Below are positions 1 through 7,425 of a stretch of 32,000 bases of DNA, one piece after another. Under the pieces are notes generated by a model. The model made no database searches, had not been told where the DNA came from, and saw nothing but the letters and a program-made list of their open reading frames with translations. Position 1 is the first letter of the stretch. Every line of letters starts with the position of its first letter. This DNA is from Candidatus Methylomirabilis oxygeniifera (GTDB lineage: Bacteria > Methylomirabilota > Methylomirabilia > Methylomirabilales > Methylomirabilaceae): contig FP565575.1 of assembly GCA_000091165.1 (NCBI GenBank), positions 750,001 through 782,000 on the forward strand, given 5' to 3'. Both the position numbers and the translations under genes were made by a program.

Positions 1-48
1 ACTCCTTGACAGCGCGTACAATGCCCCTTCGGGCCACCATGGCCCGGC

Positions 49-70
49 GAAGTCTTGTTGAAGTCTTGTT
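49..70 (+). repeat. 11-bp tandem direct repeat (GAAGTCTTGTT x2) in the leader of the small zinc-ribbon ORF
   Basis: Two perfect adjacent copies at 49-59 and 60-70, followed by a TTGT-rich tract. Function unknown. Confidence 0.6.
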
Positions 71-105
71 GTGTTGTATATTGTTGTGAAAGGAGGGAAG
101 TCGAC

Positions 106-282
106 ATGGCAGAGAAGCCACAAGGAGCAAAACTTGCCAGCCGCACGAAGAATCAGGTCAAGAAGACGGCCGGTCAGTGTACATGCGGCGGCGATCTGAT
201 CTGGAGCATGGTCTTTAACCCGCGCGGTCGTATGATGAAAGTTTGCGAAAAGTGTGGGACGGCCTTGCCAAAGGTGGGGTAG
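106..282 (+). CDS. small zinc-ribbon-like protein (58 aa), hypothetical
   Basis: ATG at 106 lies 8 nt after AGGAGGG (91-97). Two Cys pairs (CTC ... CEKC). A strong terminator follows. The track ORF start at 55 has no RBS. Confidence 0.5.
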   Translation: MAEKPQGAKLASRTKNQVKKTAGQCTCGGDLIWSMVFNPRGRMMKVCEKCGTALPKVG

Positions 283-313
283 GGTACGACAGTACGCGGC
301 CTCTTAAAACGAC

Positions 314-353
314 AGGGCTCCCCGATATGATCTGGGGAGCCCTTTGTATTTTG
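314..353 (+). terminator. rho-independent terminator
   Basis: Perfect 10-bp stem AGGGCTCCCC (314-323) / GGGGAGCCCT (334-343), followed by TTGTATTTTG. Confidence 0.7.
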
Positions 354-556
354 TGACTGATATATAGTATGGGGGTCAGTGCTAAGTCGAGTGTCGGGCT
401 GTATCACGCCGTTTCAGCCAAGCAGGAGATACTGCTTGGCAGTCGCCGGTCCACACAGTATCATACTCTCGAATCGGATATGTCACCGTGAACACGCTGG
501 TCAAGTTACGTATGCAGGCGTTCCGGTGCATGGCGGTCATCAACTGAGCGGAGGAG

Positions 557-1291
557 ATGGAGCTTCACGGGCGGACGGCATTGGTGACGGGGGCAGCCAG
601 GCGTGTGGGCCGGGCGATTGCCCTGGCGATGGCGGGCCGGGGCGCCGATGTGGTGATTCACTATAGGAGCAGTGCGTCCGAGGCCCACGAGACAGTAGAG
701 GCGGTGGTACGTCTCGGCCGACGAGCGTTTGCCATTCAGGCCGATTTGGCAGAGCCGGATCAGGTCGAGGCGCTGGCTGACCGCGCAGTGCAGGCGTGCG
801 GGAAGATCGATGTCCTGGTGAACAGTGCCGCGATCTTTCGGAGAACGCCGCTCGAACAGCTTACCGTACAGGACTGGGAACAGTTCCTGCGCGTCAACCT
901 CACGGGACCGTTCCTGCTGGCCAGACGACTGGGCCTGCTGATGCGGCAGCAGGGAGCGGGGAAGATCATCAATGTCGCCGATGTCGCGGGGATCAAACCG
1001 TGGGCCGACTTCCTGCCCTATTCCGTCTCCAAGGGGATGTTGATTACCATCACGCAGGGGCTGGCGAAGGCGCTGGCGCCGGAGGTCCAGGTGAATGCTG
1101 TGGTGCCCGGCACAGTATTGCCGGCAGAGGACTACAGCGAGAAAGAGCGCGAGTCGATTGTCAGAGGCACACTGCTCAAACGGATCGGTGACCCGGCCGA
1201 TATCGCCCAGACCGTCCTCTTTCTTGTAGAAGGCTCGGATTTCATCACCGGGCAAGTCGTGGTCGTAGATGGGGGCCGATCGATCCAGTAA
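557..1291 (+). CDS. short-chain dehydrogenase/reductase (SDR), pteridine-reductase/FolM-like subgroup
   Basis: TGAARRVG Rossmann motif, NSAA, and YSVSK catalytic Tyr/Lys. GGAGGA RBS upstream of the ATG. Confidence 0.9.
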   Translation: MELHGRTALVTGAARRVGRAIALAMAGRGADVVIHYRSSASEAHETVEAVVRLGRRAFAIQADLAEPDQVEALADRAVQACGKIDVLVNSAAIFRRTPLEQLTVQDWEQFLRVNLTGPFLLARRLGLLMRQQGAGKIINVADVAGIKPWADFLPYSVSKGMLITITQGLAKALAPEVQVNAVVPGTVLPAEDYSEKERESIVRGTLLKRIGDPADIAQTVLFLVEGSDFITGQVVVVDGGRSIQ

Positions 1292-1309
1292 GCGGCCCTG
1301 AAGGATAAG

Positions 1310-1987
1310 ATGAGCCACACCCTCTATCTGAAGCAAATGGAATTAGGCGAGATGGCCAACTACGTCTATCTGATCGGTTCGACCAAGACGAAGGAGGCCG
1401 CTGTGATCGATCCGGCCTGGGAGATCGAGAGGATTGTGGAGCTTGCCGCAGTTGATGAGATGACACTGACCCACATCCTGGTCACCCACTCCCATCCCGA
1501 TCATGTGGGTGGCAAGCTGTTCGGTCTTCAGATCCAGGGAGTCGCGGAGTTGCTCGAGCGGGTAGACGCCAAGGTGGTTGTTCATAAAGCGGAGGCCGAC
1601 CACCTGACCCCTCTTGCCGGATCGAACATCATGCGAGTCGACCATGGTGACACCGTGAGTCTGGGCGACATCACCGTGACGATCATCCACACCCCTGGCC
1701 ACACTCCGGGCTCACAATGTTTTCTGGTGCGGGATCGCCTGGTTACAGGAGATACATTGTTCATTGGTTCGTGCGGCCGCGTTGATCTCCCGGGCAGCAG
1801 TCCTGAGCAGATGTACGATTCGCTGACGAATAGAGTCATGAAGCTGGACGACAAGACCGTCGTCCTACCCGGCCATAACTACGCCGCTGGTCGCACGTCC
1901 AGCAGTATCGGTGAGGAGCGCAACAAGAACCCGTACGTTCAGTGTCGCTCCCTTGCCGCGTTCCTCCGCGTCACGGGCAATGCCTGA
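1310..1987 (+). CDS. MBL-fold metallo-hydrolase (glyoxalase II-like)
   Basis: HSHPDH metal-binding motif, TPGHTPGS, and a later GH. RBS GAAGGA upstream. Confidence 0.9.
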   Translation: MSHTLYLKQMELGEMANYVYLIGSTKTKEAAVIDPAWEIERIVELAAVDEMTLTHILVTHSHPDHVGGKLFGLQIQGVAELLERVDAKVVVHKAEADHLTPLAGSNIMRVDHGDTVSLGDITVTIIHTPGHTPGSQCFLVRDRLVTGDTLFIGSCGRVDLPGSSPEQMYDSLTNRVMKLDDKTVVLPGHNYAAGRTSSSIGEERNKNPYVQCRSLAAFLRVTGNA

Positions 1988-3143
1988 GTCCGGCGGCGCG
2001 TCGAACCTTCGACAGAGATCGGGACCAATCTACTCGGCGTCCCGGCTCTCTACGTACGAATCCTGCCCTCTTCAGTACAGGTTCCGCTACATCGACCGGA
2101 TCCACAGGACCGAGGAGTCGATCGAGGCGTACCTTGGCTCACGGGTCCATGAAGCGTTGAACGCGTTGTACCGGACGCTGCAGCTTGGCGGCGAGCCAAG
2201 CCTGTCCGATTTGCTGAAGGAGTATCACTGGCAGTGGGGGCAGCGCTGGCACAACCAGGTGAAGATCGTCAAGCAGGACCGCTCGATCGATTCTTACAAG
2301 GAGCTTGGCGAGCGGTGTCTGGTGAACTACTATCAGGCGCATCAGCCGTTTAACCACGGACAGATACTGGGGTTAGAATATCATGTCGCGACCTCCCTTG
2401 ACCCCCATGGTTGCTACAAGATTCAAGGGTACATCGACCGTCTTGTCAGTGTCGGGTCCGGGCGCTATGAGATCCATGACTATAAAACGTCCGGTCGTCT
2501 GCCGAGCCAGGGAGATCTGGATGTCGATCGGCAACTGGCCCTCTATCAGCTCGCGATAGAAGGGATATGGCCTGACGCCAAAGAGATCGAGCTGGTCTGG
2601 CACTACCTGGCCTTTGGCAGGGAACTCCGTTCGAGACGAACGCCGGACGCGCTCGAGAGGTTGAAACGTTCGACGATCGCCGTCATTGACCGGATTGAGG
2701 CCGACTCCGAGTTCAAGCCGATCAAAAGCAACCTGTGCCACTGGTGTACGTACCAGAACATCTGTCCGCTCTGGAATGACCACCCCGATGCAATCTATGT
2801 CCGATCCACTAAGGCGTTCGGTAATAGCCGTTCAATGGAGGAGGTCCAGACTTCGGATGAGCGAGGGGGGCTTGAACTGCAATCTATTGCTCGTGATGCG
2901 CTCCGGGAGGCGATCGTCACGGCGGCCGGACACGAAGGGGCAGAGATCCGTTTTGCCGAATACGGTCAGCTCTGGATCAGTAGGAGCCATGTGAATCCGA
3001 AGTCCACCGTAGATGGCACGGTGGACGGGTGGATCCGACTATCCGCCGAAAGCTTACCTCTGCTTTTCAGACAGGTGGAGCTGGCGCGGTTGAGTGCCCC
3101 CTTTGTTGAAAAGTTACAGCGGTACCTGAGAACCAGGGTATAA
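1980..3143 (+). CDS. PD-(D/E)XK nuclease, RecB/AddB/Cas4-like with a 4-Cys cluster
   Basis: GYIDRL, IHDYKTSG and QLALYQLA nuclease motifs. One N-terminal Cys (YESCPLQY) plus C-terminal CHWCTYQNIC fit a Cas4/AddB-type Fe-S arrangement. ATG at 1980 overlaps the upstream stop (ATGCCTGA). The track start at 1911 would overlap the MBL gene by 77 nt. Confidence 0.8.
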   Translation: MPESGGASNLRQRSGPIYSASRLSTYESCPLQYRFRYIDRIHRTEESIEAYLGSRVHEALNALYRTLQLGGEPSLSDLLKEYHWQWGQRWHNQVKIVKQDRSIDSYKELGERCLVNYYQAHQPFNHGQILGLEYHVATSLDPHGCYKIQGYIDRLVSVGSGRYEIHDYKTSGRLPSQGDLDVDRQLALYQLAIEGIWPDAKEIELVWHYLAFGRELRSRRTPDALERLKRSTIAVIDRIEADSEFKPIKSNLCHWCTYQNICPLWNDHPDAIYVRSTKAFGNSRSMEEVQTSDERGGLELQSIARDALREAIVTAAGHEGAEIRFAEYGQLWISRSHVNPKSTVDGTVDGWIRLSAESLPLLFRQVELARLSAPFVEKLQRYLRTRV

Positions 3144-3166
3144 AGTGTAGGGTAAGAGACGGAACT

Positions 3167-3763
3167 GTGAACCATACGCTTCGCACGCCGCACGCCGCAC
3201 GCCGCACGCGCTCCCCTCTTCGGTACGCCCCAGTGTCCACCACGCTCGGACGGCTCTATGTGGCCTATCGTGGCAAGGCTGTCTGCTGTGTCGCCCTCGG
3301 GTCGGATAGCCGTAACTTTGAGCGGGTGTGTACAAGGACGTTCGGTGTTCGACCGATGCCGGATCATCGCCTGCCGGAAGAGATGGCCACACAGGTATTG
3401 GACTGTCTGGCAGGGAAGCGGCGCTTTTCAGGCCTGATTGACCTGTCCCGCCTCACACCGTTCCAACGGAGTGTATTACAAAAGGTCCGGACCATCCCTG
3501 TCGGCAAAGTGCGCTCGTATCGATGGATCGCAAAAGCCATCGGTGCGGAGAGGGCAGCCCGTGCAGTCGGAACAGCCTTAGCCAAGAATCCGGTCCCGCT
3601 GTTGATCCCGTGCCACCGGGTGATCAGGAGCGATGGTCGCCTCGGGGAGTATTCCGGGGGTGGCCCTTCCGTGAAGGCGAAACTGCTGGCCTTCGAAGGC
3701 GTCGACCTGGAGGATCTGATGCGTCCGCGGAGCCGCCGCAAGGTCACTCGTCCGTCGACGTAG
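3167..3763 (+). CDS. ogt: methylated-DNA--protein-cysteine methyltransferase
   Basis: PCHRVIRSDG active-site motif and a preceding helix-turn-helix region (YRWIAKAIG..RAVG.AL..NP). The start is uncertain: GTG at 3167 or an in-frame GTG near 3230. Confidence 0.85.
   Translation: MNHTLRTPHAARRTRSPLRYAPVSTTLGRLYVAYRGKAVCCVALGSDSRNFERVCTRTFGVRPMPDHRLPEEMATQVLDCLAGKRRFSGLIDLSRLTPFQRSVLQKVRTIPVGKVRSYRWIAKAIGAERAARAVGTALAKNPVPLLIPCHRVIRSDGRLGEYSGGGPSVKAKLLAFEGVDLEDLMRPRSRRKVTRPST
3183..3210 (+). repeat. heptanucleotide tandem repeat (GCACGCC x3 + GCACGCG)
   Basis: Four consecutive 7-mers read directly. They lie in the N-terminal extension or the 5' leader of ogt. Confidence 0.8.
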
Positions 3764-3793
3764 GGGCGGTACGGATCGCCCGGTTTCTGTAGC

Positions 3794-3822
3794 TTGACAG
3801 CCATGAGGCCCTTGGCTATAGT
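3794..3822 (+). promoter_or_regulatory. sigma70-type promoter of tRNA-Thr
   Basis: TTGACA (3794-3799), 17-nt spacer, TATAGT (3817-3822), about 15 nt upstream of the tRNA 5' end. Confidence 0.6.
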
Positions 3823-3836
3823 AGTCGCACCCTCGC

Positions 3837-3912
3837 GCCGGCGTAGCTCAGTTGGCAGAGCAGCTGATTCGTAATCAGCAGGTCGCGGGTTCAATTCCCC
3901 CCGCCGGCTCCA
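3837..3912 (+). tRNA. tRNA-Thr (anticodon CGT)
   Basis: Full cloverleaf folded by hand. Acceptor GCCGGCG/CGCCGGC, D stem GCTC/GAGC, anticodon stem GCTGA/TCAGC with loop TTCGTAA, T loop TTCAATT, encoded CCA. One C:C mismatch in the T stem. Confidence 0.93.
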
Positions 3913-4031
3913 CTAAAATATGCTCGTGACATCTGAATCCGTACGTCTTATGAGGTGCCGAAAAATGGCGCCGGGGTAAATGTAGCAAAGCCGAGGCAAT
4001 ATCGGCCAGCCCTCAAGGCCGTGATTGATCA

Positions 4032-4074
4032 AGCCCTCCGTGGAGTCGTATGCCACGGAGGGCTTTCTCTTGTT
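4032..4074 (+). terminator. rho-independent terminator downstream of tRNA-Thr
   Basis: Perfect 12-bp stem AGCCCTCCGTGG (4032-4043) / CCACGGAGGGCT (4053-4064), followed by TTCTCTTGTT. Confidence 0.6.
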
Positions 4075-4624
4075 AGACGCCTCCCCGCTCGCGGTTCGAG
4101 CTTATATCTTCCCAGCGCTAGAGTGTTCCCTGGAGATATGCCAAGAGCCAAGAACCGCGAAAGCCAAGAAAAAGCTGATCGTAGACGAAAATACCACTGC
4201 GTCCATTGTGTTACCGACTGTTGCCATGAAATGTTCTAGAACGATAATGAAGACACTCTAACCTCCATAAGAACCCTAAAGGATCCAGTCTTCCCGTGAG
4301 TGGGGTATTTGGAGGGACCCTTTTGTATACAGTAGCGTAAAAAAATCATACCAGCTCGGGAGTCGCTTGGCCGCAATCAGCGGCTCGTGTGTCTCATAAC
4401 TTATTACCAACACAGAGATCATAAGTTTTTAGGCGAATACTTCGTTGCTGGCCTACGACTTGCGTGCAGCTTATACTTTTGGTCCCTCCAGACAACTCAG
4501 CATAGCGCGAGGGGTCGTGCAGCAGATGTTGGTGCTCGTCTTGTGGATCTGAGCACTGGAGGGGAGAGGGCTACCGCTCGGACGATCTTTCCGAATCTTT
4601 TGATTGGAGACATGGAGGTGTCCA

Positions 4625-6007
4625 ATGAAGATACCGCGGATCTTGATCGTTGAGGACAATCCACACATGTTGGACTTCCTGAGTGCCACTTTGGAACAAC
4701 ACGGCTTTATCTCTGTGCTTGCTTCGCATGGTGAACAAGCCTTACGCGCTATGGCCCTGACTCCCGTTGATCTGGCGATCCTCGAACACAGGCTGCCCGG
4801 CCAGTCCTCGGGCGTGGAACTGGCCAGGCTTATAAAACGCCGGGACGCGGGGCTGCCTGTCATTCTCATGACGGCCTACGGTACTGAGGAACTAGCCATC
4901 GAAACCTTGGAAGCGGGGATAGACGATTATTTCCCGAAGCCGTTAGTTGTCATCGATCTCTTGGTGAGCATTCGGCGACTCTTGGCCTCACGAGGGTCAC
5001 GTCCACGTCCGGCATCAGCCGGTATGGGAAGCAGCGCTCCAGACTTGATTGATGAGCATCGGCTCGTCGGGACCACGGCGCCGATACAAGAGATCAAGGC
5101 GAATATTCGTAAGGTAGCCCCGACCGACAGCAATGTTCTTATTACAGGCGAGACCGGCACAGGGAAGGAGTTGGTAGCTGAGCTGATCCATAAAAACAGT
5201 AAGCGAGCAGGGAAGCCGCTGGTTTGTCTGAACTGCGCCGCAATTCCGGAATCTTTAGTAGAAAGTGAATTATTCGGCTATGAGCGCGGGGCGTTTACGG
5301 GCGCCTACGCCGCCTACGCGGGGAAGCTGAAGCAAGCCGATGCGGGAACGGTCCTGCTGGACGAGATCGGCGACATGCCATTGTCCGCCCAGGCCAAGCT
5401 GCTTCGGTTGTTGGACAAGAAAACCGTTCAGCGCGTGGGCGGGCGAAGGGACGTGACCATCGATTGTCGCGTCATTGCCGCCACTAATCAGGATCTGGAA
5501 GGGCTGATGACTGCCGGTAAGTTCCGACGGGATCTCTACTATCGTCTGAACGTTGCGCACATCAGCGTGCCCCCCTTGAGGATAAGGAGAGAGGACATCC
5601 CGCTTCTGTTGAGGTACTTCATCGGTGAGCTCAATACGCGAATGGATAAACAAGTGTGTGGTTTCTCTCATGCGTTGGTCGAGCGTCTCCTCCGGTACGA
5701 CTGGCCAGGTAACGTCCGGGAGCTTAGGAATATGACGGAGGTCTGTATGATGGACCTGAACACCGGCATCATCGACCTCACGCACATTCCGAAAGAGTAT
5801 CGAGATAGATTACCGGATGGCAGCACCGACGAGAAAGGCGCGATTATGAATGCCCTCTGCGAAACAAAATGGAACAAGAGCCGAGCCGCCCAGAAGCTCC
5901 ACTGGTCTCGGATGACCCTCTACCGAAAGCTGGCGAAGTACCACATTTTCACCAGCCAGAGTGAAATCGAGCGCGGCACACTGATGATCTTGGACAATAC
6001 GCTGTAA
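4625..6007 (+). CDS. sigma54-dependent transcriptional activator (NtrC family: receiver + AAA+ + Fis-type HTH)
   Basis: Receiver domain (ILIVEDN ... MTAY ... PKP), Walker A GETGTGKE, GAFTGA loop (ERGAFTGA), Walker B LLDEIG, and a C-terminal HTH (KSRAAQKLHWSRMTLYRKL). ATG at 4625 follows GGAGG. The phospho-acceptor position is Glu54 (GAA, 4784-4786). Confidence 0.9.
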   Translation: MKIPRILIVEDNPHMLDFLSATLEQHGFISVLASHGEQALRAMALTPVDLAILEHRLPGQSSGVELARLIKRRDAGLPVILMTAYGTEELAIETLEAGIDDYFPKPLVVIDLLVSIRRLLASRGSRPRPASAGMGSSAPDLIDEHRLVGTTAPIQEIKANIRKVAPTDSNVLITGETGTGKELVAELIHKNSKRAGKPLVCLNCAAIPESLVESELFGYERGAFTGAYAAYAGKLKQADAGTVLLDEIGDMPLSAQAKLLRLLDKKTVQRVGGRRDVTIDCRVIAATNQDLEGLMTAGKFRRDLYYRLNVAHISVPPLRIRREDIPLLLRYFIGELNTRMDKQVCGFSHALVERLLRYDWPGNVRELRNMTEVCMMDLNTGIIDLTHIPKEYRDRLPDGSTDEKGAIMNALCETKWNKSRAAQKLHWSRMTLYRKLAKYHIFTSQSEIERGTLMILDNTL

Positions 6008-6021
6008 CATCTGTGTCCGGA

Positions 6022-6052
6022 TGTGACACCGATGTGACAGTATGCTGTGACA
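6022..6052 (+). promoter_or_regulatory. three direct TGTGACA repeats, candidate enhancer (UAS) sites
   Basis: TGTGACA at 6022-6028, 6033-6039 and 6046-6052, spaced 11 and 13 bp apart. Each is a TGT-N-ACA mini-palindrome. They sit just after the activator stop and about 80-110 bp upstream of a -24/-12 candidate. Confidence 0.35.
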
Positions 6053-6130
6053 GGCTTCGATTGCAGCCCCTACCTCATCAGTATCTTTTTCAGTGTCAGC
6101 TAACACAGTAATTGTACCCACCTTCTCAAC

Positions 6131-6146
6131 TGGCGCCTATCCTGCT
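6131..6146 (+). promoter_or_regulatory. candidate sigma54 (-24/-12) promoter
   Basis: TGGCGC-N5-CTGCTT. GG (6132-6133) and GC (6144-6145) are separated by exactly 10 nt, as in TGGCACG-N4-TTGCW. Confidence 0.4.
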
Positions 6147-6298
6147 TCTCAGTCACCCTCTCCCACACCAGCTCAAAAACCTGTAACGCCTTCTGTGATA
6201 TCCCATGCTAGACCAGACAAAGGACTGAACACGCGAAATCTTGGAAGAGGGCTTCAGTAATCGCTAGTTAGACGAGGCGACTCCTGGCCGGTACGAGA

Positions 6299-6314
6299 TG
6301 GTCCCGGTCTTGCT
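6299..6314 (+). promoter_or_regulatory. candidate sigma54 (-24/-12) promoter
   Basis: TGGTCCCGGTCTTGCT. GG (6300-6301) and GC (6312-6313) are separated by 10 nt, with TTGCT at -12. It shares the TGCTTCT..CAG tail with the 6131 site. Confidence 0.35.
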
Positions 6315-6568
6315 TCTATCAGAACCATCCATCATCGCCCCTAGCGATGTCGTAGAGAATGGAGTTGACCGTCATCGCAAACACGATCCTTGAATCGGGC
6401 ATGCTCCGTTGATACAAAGGCGGCAACATCACGTGGTTATTGGATTTATCGCCAGTTCTCGCATGGAGGAGAAGGGATCCGACGGGTGTTGGGGGTTACA
6501 GAAGCGTTGCGAGGTAGTCGTTGTTCAATGTAGCAACGACTCCTTGCTTTCTGACGGAAAGGAGAACA

Positions 6569-7408
6569 ATGAGCTTATTAAAGTGTTTAGCGATAAAGCC
6601 TGAGACGCTCATGCGGATGGCTCTTGGCACAGCGCTCCTGGCCGCGATCCTCGTACCGGCCGAATCGGCGCTGGCGGTTGCTCGCTTTGGTACTCGCTGT
6701 CAGAAGGAATTCCAGAACGGCTGGCGTGCAACGCTCCCGTACATGTGGGATCGCTGTGGGTGGTTCAACGACGAACTCGACGACACCGACACAAAGGTCT
6801 TTTACTGGAACCTCCACGGCGCCCGTAACTCGTTCTCGACCTGCGACAGTTGCGGCAACGGCGTGGATGATGTGCACCTCCTCTACGTGGGCACGCATGG
6901 CGGCGCGATCAACGACACGAACGCCCGCCTGGTGATGTGGGACCAGAACGTGCGTGCGCTCTCCATCACGGACAACTGGCGCTATGGGGACGAGAACACG
7001 GGCGTTGCGTTTTTCGCGCAATACGCCTGCGAAACACTCACGAATGGCGATGGCAATATCTGGAGTCGCTGGCGAACGGCCTTTCGAGGCGGGCTGATCA
7101 TGGCCCTGGGTAGTCACGATAAGCTTTGGGACAGCGTCACGACCAATGAGACCGGTGAAGATTTCGCTGACGATCTTCAGAAAGGAAAAGTTGTCAAGTG
7201 GGCGTGGTTCGACGGCAACGGGGACTGGTGGGAAGACCAGGATGTGGCGGTTATGGCGACGGGGAGTTCCCAGACGGCAGCCAACGACGCCAGCGCGGAT
7301 TGCAAGTTCCGCCGCGACAACGTGAAGTGGCAGAACTTCGGCAGCTTCGCACGCTGGCGCGACGGTCAGGCTGAATGGTGGTGTCGCTCACGCATTGACA
7401 ACAACTGA
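6569..7408 (+). CDS. secreted Trp/Asp-rich protein with a clan-CD-like His/Cys pattern, uncharacterised
   Basis: ATG at 6569 follows AAAGGAG (6558-6564). Hydrophobic signal-like segment (ALGTALLAAILVPAESALA). HLLYVGTHGG (His110) and VAFFAQYACETL (Cys154) each follow a hydrophobic strand, as in legumain, caspases and gingipain. Confidence 0.75.
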   Translation: MSLLKCLAIKPETLMRMALGTALLAAILVPAESALAVARFGTRCQKEFQNGWRATLPYMWDRCGWFNDELDDTDTKVFYWNLHGARNSFSTCDSCGNGVDDVHLLYVGTHGGAINDTNARLVMWDQNVRALSITDNWRYGDENTGVAFFAQYACETLTNGDGNIWSRWRTAFRGGLIMALGSHDKLWDSVTTNETGEDFADDLQKGKVVKWAWFDGNGDWWEDQDVAVMATGSSQTAANDASADCKFRRDNVKWQNFGSFARWRDGQAEWWCRSRIDNN

Positions 7409-7425
7409 ATCGAGAGGTGGATGCT

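Noticed and set aside
6-22. TTGACA (6-11) and TACAAT (17-22) at the window start, considered as a promoter.
   Set aside because: The two hexamers are only 5 nt apart, so they cannot act as a -35/-10 pair. A -35 for TACAAT would lie off the window.
506-1336. Long antisense ORFs opposite well-supported genes: 506-1336(-), 21903-22640(-), 28014-28700(-), 28838-29554(-), 29644-30360(-), 6587-7117(-) and 27230-27802(-).
   Set aside because: Each lies fully inside a motif-supported gene on the other strand. Their translations are Arg/Pro/Gly/Ser-rich and low in complexity. Such open antisense frames are expected in GC-rich DNA, and none has an RBS or a recognisable motif.
3364-3894. 176-aa minus-strand ORF spanning the ogt 3' half and tRNA-Thr.
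   Set aside because: It overlaps both a motif-supported CDS and a canonical tRNA, so it is an artefact of open antisense frames.
6298-6393. 31-codon ORF (MVPVLLLSEPSIIAPSDVVENGVDRHRKHDP) in the long leader upstream of 6569.
   Set aside because: It has no RBS, no motif and no supporting context, and its ATG overlaps the candidate -24 element.
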